Positions 31,213 through 41,696 of a stretch of DNA of 64,000 bases are shown in pieces. The DNA is taken from the NCBI GenBank assembly GCA_036566925.1, contig DATCVI010000061.1, positions 19,338-83,337 on the forward strand, given 5' to 3'. The translations under genes were made by a program, and so were the position numbers. The notes under the pieces were generated by a model. It saw only the letters and a list, made by a program, of their open reading frames with translations. It was not told the origin of the DNA and ran no database searches. This DNA comes from Stenotrophomonas sp. (GTDB taxonomy: Bacteria > Pseudomonadota > Gammaproteobacteria > Xanthomonadales > Xanthomonadaceae). Numbering within the stretch: position 1 is the first letter of the stretch; the number at the start of each line of letters is the position of its first letter.

Positions 31213-31326
31213 CGTTCGGAGCCGGTCCCTTGCCCCGGGGGACGCCAAGTACCGCATCCATGCGGGGCTCGTTGGGCGACGTCCATGTCGCCCAACGCCC
31301 CCGGGACAAGGGCCCGGCCCCGAACG
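31213..31326. repeat. nested palindromic (REP/MITE-like) element A
   Basis: The 29-nt outer arms (31213-31241 / 31298-31326) are 26/29 complementary. They enclose the hairpins CCGCATCCATGCGG and GTTGGGCGAC-GTCCAT-GTCGCCCAAC (31271-31296). Confidence 0.8.
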
Positions 31327-31357
31327 CCCGATAGGAGGTCGCGTTTGTGTGGGGAGT

Positions 31358-31460
31358 GCCCTCATCCGTCGCTGTCGCGAGACCTTCTCCCAGGGGGAGA
31401 AGGACGGCATGCATTTCTGCGGCTGCAATCAATCGCCAACAGCAGGGCCGGATGAGGGTG
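31358..31460. repeat. nested palindromic element B
   Basis: Outer arms GCCCTCATCCG / CGGATGAGGGT. Inner hairpin CCTTCTCCC-AGG-GGGAGAAGG (31383-31403). Confidence 0.65.
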
Positions 31461-31507
31461 CTGTTTTTCTCTTCCTCCCAAACCGCGATGATCTATCGGG
31501 CGGTTGG

Positions 31508-31599
31508 GGGTAGTCCCGTTTCGGGACAATTGGCGACATGGATGTCGCCAATTAGCCTACATGGACGTATTCACGGCGTGTCCCGAAACGGGACTGCCC
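31508..31599. repeat. nested palindromic element C (GTAG-type end)
   Basis: The 21-nt arms GGGTAGTCCCGTTTCGGGACA / TGTCCCGAAACGGGACTGCCC are 20/21 complementary. They enclose AATTGGCGAC-ATGGAT-GTCGCCAATT (31528-31553). Confidence 0.8.
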
Positions 31600-31627
31600 C
31601 CGACCGCCGCACGCAAAAACAAAGCAA

Positions 31628-32194
31628 TCAATCAGCGCGACCACCAAACTCACCCGTAGTGGTATTCACCAGAATCCGCTCTCCGTTGGTGATGTACTCC
31701 GGCACCATGATCTCGATCCCGGTGCTGAGCTTGGCCGGTTTCGGCCGCTTGGTCGCCGTCCCGCCCTTCAACTCCGGCGGCGTCTCCACCACTTCCAGCG
31801 TCACATGCTGCGGCAATTGCAGCGCTACCGGCTGCTCGTCGATCACCTGCACGTAGAGCCCGGTCAGGCCTTCGGTGATATAGCCGGCGTCGTCGCCAAT
31901 CACGTCCGCATCCAGCGTATACGGCGTGTAGTCCTCGTCATCGAGGAACACGAAGGCGTCGCCGTCCTTGTAGGAGAAGGTCGACAGGCGGCGCAGCAAT
32001 TCGACTTCGGGCAGGTTGTCGTCGGCATCGAAGCTGGCGTCGAGCTTGGCGCCGCCCGGGACGCTGTACATGATGAAACGGAAGCGCACGTTGCCGCCGC
32101 GGCCCTGTGGCGAGCTGCGTTCGATGTCGCGGATCTGGTAGACGCCGTTGTTGTATTCGACGACGTTGCCCTTCTTGATGTCGTTGGCTTTCAT
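31628..32194 (-). CDS. yeiP: elongation factor P-like protein
   Basis: [40 protein letters not shown] is the typical YeiP/EfpL N-terminus. 188 aa. Confidence 0.92.
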   Translation of the reverse strand: MKANDIKKGNVVEYNNGVYQIRDIERSSPQGRGGNVRFRFIMYSVPGGAKLDASFDADDNLPEVELLRRLSTFSYKDGDAFVFLDDEDYTPYTLDADVIGDDAGYITEGLTGLYVQVIDEQPVALQLPQHVTLEVVETPPELKGGTATKRPKPAKLSTGIEIMVPEYITNGERILVNTTTGEFGGRAD

Positions 32195-32226
32195 GGAGGC
32201 TGGTTATTGAGGGGATCGGGAAGGGT

Positions 32227-32997
32227 TTATTTCGGCGCCAGGCGCACTGCGCCATCCAGGCGGATGGTCTCGCCGTTGAGGTAGCGGTTGCGCAGGATGA
32301 AGGCCACGGTGTCGGCGAATTCGTCCGGCTGGCCCAGGCGCGATGGGAAGGGGATCGAGGCCGACAAGGATTGCTGCACCGCTTCGCTCATGCCATCGAC
32401 CATCGGCGTCCAGAAGATGCCGGGCGCAATGGTCATCACGCGGATGCCAAAGCGCGACAGTTCGCGCGCCATCGGCAGGGTCATGCCGACTACGCCGCCC
32501 TTGGACGCGGAATAGGCGGCCTGGCCGATCTGGCCCTCGAAGGCGGCGACGGAGGCGGTGTTGACGATGACGCCGCGCTCGCCGTCGTCGCCGGCCGGGT
32601 TGTGCTGCATCAGGTCGGCGGCGGCCTTGGCGACGTTGAAGCTGCCCACCAGGTTGACCATCACCGTGCCGCGGAAGGTCGCCAGCGGCATCGCCGCTTC
32701 CTTGCCGAGCACGCGCCCGGCGCCGAGGATGCCGGCGCAGTTCACCAGTACGTTGAGGCCGCCGAGGAAGCTGGCGGCGTCGGCGACGTTCGCCGCGACC
32801 TGCGCTTCGTCGGTGACATCGGTGCGGAAGTAGCGGGCATTGGGCGCACCCAGCGCTTCGATCGCCGCGGCTGCCTTGTCGTCGTTGACGTCGAACAGGG
32901 CCACGCGGCCGCCGTCGGCGACCAGGCGCTGGGCGACCGACAAGCCCAGGCCGGAGACGCCGCCGGTGACGATGGCGCGTACGGATTCGGAGTGCAT
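32227..32997 (-). CDS. SDR family oxidoreductase, 3-hydroxyacyl-CoA dehydrogenase type-2-like
   Basis: TGGVSGLG cofactor motif, NCAGI, and the YSASKGGV catalytic motif. ATG 32997 (MHSESVRAIVTGG) is preferred over 33018. Confidence 0.88.
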   Translation of the reverse strand: MHSESVRAIVTGGVSGLGLSVAQRLVADGGRVALFDVNDDKAAAAIEALGAPNARYFRTDVTDEAQVAANVADAASFLGGLNVLVNCAGILGAGRVLGKEAAMPLATFRGTVMVNLVGSFNVAKAAADLMQHNPAGDDGERGVIVNTASVAAFEGQIGQAAYSASKGGVVGMTLPMARELSRFGIRVMTIAPGIFWTPMVDGMSEAVQQSLSASIPFPSRLGQPDEFADTVAFILRNRYLNGETIRLDGAVRLAPK

Positions 32998-33067
32998 GGA
33001 CGATTTTCCGGGAAGCAAGAACGCGGAATTCTAGCCGAAAGGCCCGCCGCGGCCGTGTTGCGCAGCG

Positions 33068-35623
33068 TCAGGAGGTGAGCTGTGGCAGCTGCAGCTCTTC
33101 CAGGCGTCGGGCGAATTCGTCCGGCGGCAGGCCCGGCGCGAACAGGAAGCCCTGGCCCACCGGTACGCCGAGCTTGAGCAGGAACTGCCGCTGCGCCTCC
33201 GATTCCACCCCTTCGGCCACCAGGCCCAGGCCCAGGCTGCGGGCAATACCGCAGACCGCCTCGCACACGGCCACGTCCGAGCGGTTGCCGGGCACGCCTT
33301 CGACGAACAGCTGGCTCAACTTGAGGCCATGGATCGGCAGCCGCCGCAGGTAGTTCAAGGCGCTGTAGCCTTCGCCGAAATCGTCGATGGTCAGCACCAC
33401 GCCCATGTCGCGCAGGTTGGCGAAGGTCTGCAGGGTCGAGGGTGCGTCTTCGATCAGCACGCGCTCGGTGAATTCCAACTCCAGCGCCGAGCCGGGCAGT
33501 TCGAACTCGGCCAGGGCTTCGCGCACCTGTTCGGCCAGGTCCTCGCCGACGAACTGGCGGTAGGAGACGTTGATCGCGACCCGCACAACGCCCAGGCCCT
33601 GGTCCAGCCACTCGCGCACCTGGCGGCAGGCTTCGCGCATCACCCAGCGGCCGATTCGCACGATGTCGCCGGTGCTCTCGGCATGGCCGATGAACAGGTC
33701 CGGGCGCAGTTCGCCGAGTTGGTGGTTTTGCCAGCGGATCAGGGCTTCGGCGGCTACCACGCGGCCGTGCCGCAGGTCGACCTGGGGTTGGTAGACCAGG
33801 CGGAATTCCTCCTGGTCGGCGGCCTTGCGCAGTTGAGTTTCGATCTGCAGGCGGTCTTGCTGGGCGCGCGCCAGGTCCGGGCTGAACACCTGCCAGCCGT
33901 TGCGGGTGCGGCGCTTGCAGTCATACATGGCCATGTCCGCGTTCTGGATCAGCTGCTGCGGACGGGTGCCGTCCTGCGGCGCGCGCGCGATGCCGATGCT
34001 GGCGGTGACGGAGAATTCGTCCTTGCCGAAGCGGAAGGCCGGGGCGAATTGCTGGGTGATCGCCTGCGCCAGCCGTTCGGGCTGGTCGGGCACGTCGCGG
34101 GTATCGCAGACCACCAGGAATTCGTCGCCGCCGAAGCGTGCGATCAGGCCCTCGGTGCCGACCGCGCGCGAAATCCGCTGGGTGGCCTCGATCAACAACT
34201 CGTCGCCGGCGTTGTGGCCGAGCACGTCGTTGATGGTCTTGAAGCGGTCCAGGTCGATGTACAGCACCGCCACCTTCGAGTGGGTGGGGTTGGACAGGCG
34301 CGCGCCGAGGTCGCTGAGCGCGGCGTCGCGGTTCATGATGCCGGTGAGGGGGTCGGTGCGCGCCTGGATCCGCAGCGTCTCCTCGGTCTGCTTGCGCTCG
34401 GTGATGTCCTGCAAGGTGCCGGCGATGCGGGTGGAGGCGAGGTCGCCGCTTTCGACCTCGCCGATCATGCGGATCCAGAACGAATGGCCGTCGCCGCGCT
34501 GGCCTTGCAGTTCCAGCTCGAAGCCGGACTGACGCGCGACCGCGTCGATCAGCGCCGACTCCAGCCGTGCCTGGTCTTCGCCGCGCAGGCAGGCCAGCAA
34601 CTGGGTCATGGTCTGCGGCGGTTCGGCCTGGCCGACAATGCGCACCGACTCTTCGGTGAGATACAGGCGCTGCTGGCTGCGGTTCCATTCCCAGCCACCA
34701 ATGTGCGCCAGCGATTGCGCGCGGTCGAAGATGGCGTTGTCGCGCTTGAGCTCGGTGATGTCCGAGAACAACGCAAAGGCGTGGTCGGGCTGGTCGCGGC
34801 CGCTGGAGAACACCGGCACCGAGGTCACCGAGATCCAGATCATGCGTCCGCGCGGGCGGTGATACAGGCCCATGGTGGTGCTGGCGATGATCTGGCCTTC
34901 GGCGAAGGCGCGGGTCATCGGCCATTGCTCGCGCGGCAGGTGGCGGCCGTGCTGGTCGACGATGACCCAGTCGTCAGGCTGCAGCAGGTCTCCGAGCGCC
35001 TCGTTGCCGGCGATGCCGAGGATCCGGTGGGCGGCCGGGTTGGCCGAGACCACGCGGCGGTCGTGGTCGAACAGCACCACGCCCTTGTCGATGGATTCCA
35101 TCAGCAGGCGGTAGCGCGATTCGGCCTGCCAGCGACCGCTGAGGTCGCGCGCGACCGCCACGATGCAGGGCTTGCCGTCGAACTGGAAGCCGGCCGAATG
35201 CACTTCCACCGGGAAGCGGCTGCCATCGCCGCGCATGTTGGTGACTTCGATGACGTAGGTTTCGCCGCGCTTGAGGGTTTCCCACACCGGGTCGAGGTGG
35301 TCTCGCGGCAGGTCCGGGTTGAGGGTCTCGATCGGCTGGCCGACGATCGCTTCGCGCGGCCGTTGGTAGGCGCTGACCCCGGCCTTGTTGAGGTCGAGCA
35401 CGATGCCGCTCTCGCTGAGGATGCTGACCGGGTCGGGGACCGCGTCGAACAGGGCGACGTAGCGCATGTGCGAGGAGTGCAGCGCCTGTGCGCACTCGTT
35501 TAGTAGTGGCGCGGCGGGATCGTCCGGGTGCGCGGCGAGGAAGCGCTCGATCTGCGCCAGCGTGTGTTCCGGCGTGCTGGCCGCGCCGGGCGTGCTGGCG
35601 GCCGGATCGGCGCCGGCAGTCAT
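33068..35623 (-). CDS. PAS/PAC-GGDEF-EAL signalling protein (c-di-GMP turnover)
   Basis: Several PAS repeats, an intact GGDEF (ARFGGDEFLV), EAL (AAEALIRW) and DDFGEGYS. Its ATG overlaps the upstream gene's stop (ATGA at 35620-35623). Confidence 0.93.
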   Translation of the reverse strand: MTAGADPAASTPGAASTPEHTLAQIERFLAAHPDDPAAPLLNECAQALHSSHMRYVALFDAVPDPVSILSESGIVLDLNKAGVSAYQRPREAIVGQPIETLNPDLPRDHLDPVWETLKRGETYVIEVTNMRGDGSRFPVEVHSAGFQFDGKPCIVAVARDLSGRWQAESRYRLLMESIDKGVVLFDHDRRVVSANPAAHRILGIAGNEALGDLLQPDDWVIVDQHGRHLPREQWPMTRAFAEGQIIASTTMGLYHRPRGRMIWISVTSVPVFSSGRDQPDHAFALFSDITELKRDNAIFDRAQSLAHIGGWEWNRSQQRLYLTEESVRIVGQAEPPQTMTQLLACLRGEDQARLESALIDAVARQSGFELELQGQRGDGHSFWIRMIGEVESGDLASTRIAGTLQDITERKQTEETLRIQARTDPLTGIMNRDAALSDLGARLSNPTHSKVAVLYIDLDRFKTINDVLGHNAGDELLIEATQRISRAVGTEGLIARFGGDEFLVVCDTRDVPDQPERLAQAITQQFAPAFRFGKDEFSVTASIGIARAPQDGTRPQQLIQNADMAMYDCKRRTRNGWQVFSPDLARAQQDRLQIETQLRKAADQEEFRLVYQPQVDLRHGRVVAAEALIRWQNHQLGELRPDLFIGHAESTGDIVRIGRWVMREACRQVREWLDQGLGVVRVAINVSYRQFVGEDLAEQVREALAEFELPGSALELEFTERVLIEDAPSTLQTFANLRDMGVVLTIDDFGEGYSALNYLRRLPIHGLKLSQLFVEGVPGNRSDVAVCEAVCGIARSLGLGLVAEGVESEAQRQFLLKLGVPVGQGFLFAPGLPPDEFARRLEELQLPQLTS

Positions 35624-36513
35624 GAGGCCGCCAGTGCGCGGCCGGCCTTGCTGCCGGTCTCGCGGCCGAGCAGGCCGGCCAGCCAGCGGCCGGTGGCCGC
35701 CAGTGCCTGCAGGTCGATGCCGGTGTCGATGCCCATGCCGTGGAGCATATACACCACATCCTCGCTGGCGACATTGCCGCTGGCGCCGCGCGCATAGGGA
35801 CAGCCGCCGGCACCGGAGACGGCACTGTCGACCACCCGCACGCCTTGCTCCAGGCAGGCGGCGATATTGGCCAGGGCCTGGCCGTAGGTGTCGTGGAAGT
35901 GCACGGCCAGCGCGGCCATCGGTACCTCGCCGGCAACCGCGGCCAGCATCCGCCGCGCCTGGCTCGGGGTGCCGACGCCGATGGTGTCGCCGAGCGAGAT
36001 TTCGTAGCAGCCCAGCGTGTGCAGCCGGCGCGCCACGTCCACCACCGCCGCCACCGGCACCTGGCCCTGGTAGGGACAGCCGAGCACGGTGGACACGTAG
36101 CCGCGCACCTTGATGCCCTCCTGCGCGGCGCGCGCCAGAATCGGCCGGAAGCGCTCGATCGATTCATCGATGCCGGCATTGGTATTGGCGCGGTTGAAGG
36201 CTTCCGATGCGGCCGTGAACACCGCCACCTCGCTTACCCCGGCGGCCAATGCGCGCTCGTAGCCTTGTTCGTTGGGCACCAGCACCGGATAGGCGACGCC
36301 GGGGCGGCGCTGGATGCCGGCAAAGACCTCGGCCGCGTCGGCCAGCTGCGGCACCCAGCGCGGGCTGACGAAACTGGTGGCCTCGATGGTGCGCAGGCCG
36401 GTCGCCGACAGCCGGTCGACCAGCGCGATCTTGTCGGCGGTGGCGACCTGGGTCTTCTCGTTCTGCAGGCCATCGCGCGGCCCGACTTCGACCACGCGCA
36501 CGAAATCGCTCAT
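35620..36513 (-). CDS. hydroxymethylglutaryl-CoA lyase
   Basis: VEVGPRDGLQNEK...IEATSFVSPRWVPQ...GCPYA is the HMGL signature. Confidence 0.93.
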   Translation of the reverse strand: MSDFVRVVEVGPRDGLQNEKTQVATADKIALVDRLSATGLRTIEATSFVSPRWVPQLADAAEVFAGIQRRPGVAYPVLVPNEQGYERALAAGVSEVAVFTAASEAFNRANTNAGIDESIERFRPILARAAQEGIKVRGYVSTVLGCPYQGQVPVAAVVDVARRLHTLGCYEISLGDTIGVGTPSQARRMLAAVAGEVPMAALAVHFHDTYGQALANIAACLEQGVRVVDSAVSGAGGCPYARGASGNVASEDVVYMLHGMGIDTGIDLQALAATGRWLAGLLGRETGSKAGRALAAS

Positions 36514-36566
36514 TGCCTGTGTCCTTTTCGCGCGGCCGCGCCGCGGTTCCGTTCTGCGCCTTGCAG

Positions 36567-36947
36567 CTAGGGATGATGGCAGACCGCTTCGACGTTGTTG
36601 CCATCCGGGTCGAGCACGAACGCCCCATAGTAATGCGGGTGGTAATGCGGGCGCGGGCCGGGAGCGCCATTGTCGCGCCCGCCGGCGGCCAGGGCGGCGC
36701 GGTGGAACGCGTCCACCTGGGCACGGTCACTGGCGGCGAAAGCAACGTGGCAGGCGGCGCCGGCCTGTGGTTGCGAACCGATCCAGAAGAACGGGCGGTC
36801 CTTGCCGAAGCCGGCGTGATCGCCCGCGCCGCTCTGTTCGTGGCTGACCTCCATCACTACGTCCAGGCCCAGGGGCGCCAGGGCGGCGCGATAGAAGGCC
36901 AGGCTGGCGGCGAAATCGCCGCAGCGCACACCGACATGGTCGAGCAT
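36567..36947 (-). CDS. VOC (glyoxalase/bleomycin-resistance/dioxygenase) family protein
   Basis: MLDHVGVRCGDFAASLAFY...HVAF...YGAFVLDPDGNNVEAV. The start abuts the stop of the upstream hydratase gene. Confidence 0.85.
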   Translation of the reverse strand: MLDHVGVRCGDFAASLAFYRAALAPLGLDVVMEVSHEQSGAGDHAGFGKDRPFFWIGSQPQAGAACHVAFAASDRAQVDAFHRAALAAGGRDNGAPGPRPHYHPHYYGAFVLDPDGNNVEAVCHHP

Positions 36948-37745
36948 TCAATTCTCCTTGGCAGGCACCCAGGACGCAGTGCGTTTTTCCAGGAATGCCG
37001 ACAAGCCCTCCTGGCCCTCGGCCGAGACTCGCAGGCGGGCGATCAAGGCGGCGTTGTCGCGGTCCAGGCGGTCGCGGTCGTGGATGGCGGCGACATCGCG
37101 TACCAGTATCTTGGCGGCGGCGGCCGCCCGCGGGCCGGCGGCGAGCAGCAGGCCGACCTGGCGCTCGACCGCCGCGTCCAGCGCGTCGGCCGCCACTACT
37201 TCGTGCAGCAGGCCGATGGCGTGGGCGGTGGCCGCGTCGAAGGTTTCGGCGCTGGCGAACCAGCGCCGCGCCTGGCGCGCGCCGATGGCTGCGATGACAT
37301 ACGGCGAGATCACTGCCGGCAAAAGCCCGAGGCGGCTTTCGGTCAGGCCGAAGCGCGCCTGCTCGCTGCCGATGGCGATATCGCAGCAGGCGACCAGGCC
37401 GACGCCGCCGCCGTAGGCCGCGCCGTGGACGCGGGCCAGGGTGGGGCGCGGTAATTCGTCCAGCGTGCGCATCAGGCGGGCGAGGGCTTCGGCATCGCGG
37501 CGGTTGTCGGCCTCGCTGGCCGCGGCCATGCCGCGCATCCAGTGCAGGTCGGCGCCAGCGGAAAAGGAAGCGCCGGCGCCGGCCAGGACCACTACGCGCA
37601 CCGCCGGATCGCGCCCGGCCTGTTCGAGCGCCTCGGTCAGCTCGGCGATCAGGTGCGCATCGAAAGCATTGTGCAAGGCCGGGCGCTGCAGCTGCAGCGT
37701 GCGCACGCCGGCGCGGTCCTCGATCGACAGTACCGCCATGTCCAT
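36948..37745 (-). CDS. enoyl-CoA hydratase/isomerase family protein (methylglutaconyl-CoA hydratase-like)
   Basis: Crotonase motifs are present (VVVLAGAGASFSAGADL, GAAYGGGVGL). The start is uncertain (37763, 37745 or 37739). Confidence 0.88.
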   Translation of the reverse strand: MDMAVLSIEDRAGVRTLQLQRPALHNAFDAHLIAELTEALEQAGRDPAVRVVVLAGAGASFSAGADLHWMRGMAAASEADNRRDAEALARLMRTLDELPRPTLARVHGAAYGGGVGLVACCDIAIGSEQARFGLTESRLGLLPAVISPYVIAAIGARQARRWFASAETFDAATAHAIGLLHEVVAADALDAAVERQVGLLLAAGPRAAAAAKILVRDVAAIHDRDRLDRDNAALIARLRVSAEGQEGLSAFLEKRTASWVPAKEN

Positions 37746-37802
37746 AAACCCGCGCACCCGCAAATCGTTGTCGGCATCATAACTAGCCGAGCGCGCCAGG
37801 CC

Positions 37803-37845
37803 TTGACGCAGCGCGGCGCGTGTTACAATTGAGAACCATTCCTAT
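37803..37845 (+). promoter_or_regulatory. candidate feoA promoter with a weak Fur-box-like sequence
   Basis: TTGACG (37803-37808) and TACAAT (37824-37829) are separated by only 15 nt. ACAATTGAGAACCATTCCT (37825-37843) matches the 19-bp Fur consensus GATAATGATAATCATTATC at about 10/19. Confidence 0.3.
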
Positions 37846-37861
37846 CCTGCCAGGGCGTTCT

Positions 37862-38106
37862 GTGACGCTGTCCGATATGCCGCTGCATCAGCCCGCCATC
37901 GTCGAGTCCGTGCAAGATCGCCATGACAACGACACCATCTCGCGGCGCCTGCGCGAGCTCGGCTTTGTCGCCGGCGAGGAAGTGACGGTGGTGGCGACCG
38001 GGCCGTTCGGGCGCGAACCGCTGCTGGTGCAGGTCGGCTACACCCGCTTTGCGCTGCGCCGCACCGAAGCGGCACGGGTGCAGGTGCGGGCGCTGGAGCA
38101 GGCCGC

Positions 38107-38110
<4 letters not shown>
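37862..38110 (+). CDS. feoA: ferrous iron transport protein A
   Basis: VTLSDMPLHQPAIVESV...LRELGFVAGEEVTVV is a FeoA SH3-like domain. The GTG 37862 start is preferred over ATG 37820, which would lie inside the putative promoter. Confidence 0.85.
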
Positions 38111-39966
<1,856 letters not shown>

Positions 39967-39969
39967 GCC

Positions 39970-40215
39970 ATGGCGCTTTGGTTGCAATATTTCATCGTCG
40001 CGCTGGCGGTGCTGGTGAGCGCCGGGGTGGTGTGGAAGAAACAATTCCCGACCAGTTGGCGGCGCAGCTTGAGCGCCTTGGCGCTGGCGTTGCTGCGGCG
40101 GCGTTCGCTGACCGCGCAGCGCCTGGGGCGCCGGCTGGCGCCGAGCGGCAGCGCCGCCAGCGCCGCCTGTGGCGGCTGCGACAACTGCGGTCCGACGCCC
40201 ACCAAGCGGCGTTGA
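39970..40215 (+). CDS. small membrane protein with a C-terminal Cys cluster (FeoB-associated Cys-rich / DUF6587-like)
   Basis: Starts 4 nt after the feoB stop. N-terminal TM LQYFIVALAVLVSAGVVW. C-terminal CGGCDNCG. Confidence 0.6.
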   Translation: MALWLQYFIVALAVLVSAGVVWKKQFPTSWRRSLSALALALLRRRSLTAQRLGRRLAPSGSAASAACGGCDNCGPTPTKRR

Positions 40216-40225
40216 CCAGCGCTCC

Positions 40226-40250
40226 CTGTAGGAGGGGCTTCAGCCCCGAG
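40226..40250. repeat. REP-like element CTGTAGGAGGGGCTTCAGCCCCGAG (copy 3)
   Basis: Same GTAGGAGGGGCTT-AGCCC core as 26079-26103. It lies between convergent genes. Confidence 0.7.
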
Positions 40251-40265
40251 CTTTAGCAACCGCGT

Positions 40266-41027
40266 TCAATCCCGCACCAGCCCCCCATCCACCACCAGGT
40301 TCTGCCCGGTGACCGCGCGCGACCACGGCGAGGCGAAGAACAGCACCGCATCGGCGAACTCCGCCGGCGTGGTCACGCTGCGCAGCGGCGTGGCGGCGGC
40401 GATGTAGTCGAACACCGCTTCGGGCGTGGCGGCGCTGGCATCGGTGGTTCGCAGCAGTCCGCCGGAGACCATGTTCACGGTAATGCCGTCCGGCCCCAGG
40501 TCGCCCGCCAGCGTGCGCGTCAGCGACAGCAGCGCGGCTTTGGCGGCGGTGTAGTCGTGGTAGGGCACCACCGGGTTCTGGAACAGGTTGGTGCCGATGT
40601 TGACCACGCGGCCGAAGCGCTGCGCGCGCATCCCTGGCAATGCTGCTTGCACGGTATTGAGCGCGCCACGCACGCTGCCTTCGAACTGCGCGGCGAAATC
40701 GGCCCAGCCGATGGTGTCCGGACGCGCGCGGGCATCGCCGTTGAAGGAGAAATCGGCCAGCGCGTTGTTGATCACGGTGGTTACGGTGCGGCCGAAATGC
40801 GCCTGGGCCTGGGCGAGCAGAGAAGCGGTGGCGGTCGGGTCGGTCACGTCGGCCTGCACGGCAAGGACGCGCGGGCCGAGTTCGGCGGCCAGCGCTTCGG
40901 CGGCCTCACGGCTGCGGCGGTAATTGATCACGACCTGCGCGCCCTCGCGCGCGAAAGCACGCACCAGCGACTGGCCCAGGCCGCGGCCGCCGCCGCTGAC
41001 GAGCACGAGTTGTTCGGAAATCTGCAT
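40266..41027 (-). CDS. SDR family oxidoreductase (3-oxoacyl-ACP reductase-like)
   Basis: SGGGRGLG, NNAL and YTAAKAAL motifs. ATG 41027 (MQISEQLVLVSGG) is the preferred start. Confidence 0.88.
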   Translation of the reverse strand: MQISEQLVLVSGGGRGLGQSLVRAFAREGAQVVINYRRSREAAEALAAELGPRVLAVQADVTDPTATASLLAQAQAHFGRTVTTVINNALADFSFNGDARARPDTIGWADFAAQFEGSVRGALNTVQAALPGMRAQRFGRVVNIGTNLFQNPVVPYHDYTAAKAALLSLTRTLAGDLGPDGITVNMVSGGLLRTTDASAATPEAVFDYIAAATPLRSVTTPAEFADAVLFFASPWSRAVTGQNLVVDGGLVRD

Positions 41028-41143
41028 GGAGCCTCCAGGAGTGGCCATAGCATAGAAGCTTCGATCGCGGTCGTGGCAAAGGCCAGTCCGCCCCGCCTAA
41101 GATGGCGGCAGGCCGCAGGAGGCGGCATGACAGGGGCGGAAGC

Positions 41144-41644
41144 ATGCGATTGCTGTGGATAGTGGCGTTCTTCGGCGTTATCGCCGGCGTCTACCAGTGG
41201 GGCGGCAACACGCTCGACGAGGACCAGGTCCGGGCGTTCTACGAACAGGCCGAACAAGCCCTGGCCGAACAGGACGACAAGACGCTGTGCGCGATGCTGG
41301 CGCCGGAGTTCGAGCAGGTCACCCTGTATCGCGCCGACAACGACCAGGCGCGCAAGGTGATCGATCGCGAGAAGTACTGCCATGACTTGCAGCAGACGAT
41401 GGCGCAGATGCGGCGCATCCGCGAAATGACCGGTGGCGAGGTGCCGATCGAGCACGAGCAGACCATTACCCGGATCACGATCGCCGACGACAAGCACTCG
41501 GCCGAGGTGGAAACGCGCTCGACCGTCGCCGCCCCCGGCATGCGCATGACCGCGCGCACGCGCGACACGGTGGTGCGCGAACGCTGGCGCATGTCGGTCC
41601 GGCGCAGCGAAGGCACCACCTTCATCGGGCCGGCGCCACGCTAG
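41144..41644 (+). CDS. hypothetical membrane-anchored protein
   Basis: MRLLWIVAFFGVIAGVY is a TM anchor, followed by a soluble domain with coding-type G/C third positions. I do not recognise a family (possibly NTF2-like). Confidence 0.6.
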   Translation: MRLLWIVAFFGVIAGVYQWGGNTLDEDQVRAFYEQAEQALAEQDDKTLCAMLAPEFEQVTLYRADNDQARKVIDREKYCHDLQQTMAQMRRIREMTGGEVPIEHEQTITRITIADDKHSAEVETRSTVAAPGMRMTARTRDTVVRERWRMSVRRSEGTTFIGPAPR

Positions 41645-41696
41645 CCGCGCTGCAGCGCACAGTGGCGTGCGCGCCGGGAGCGGCTATGCTGGTTTG

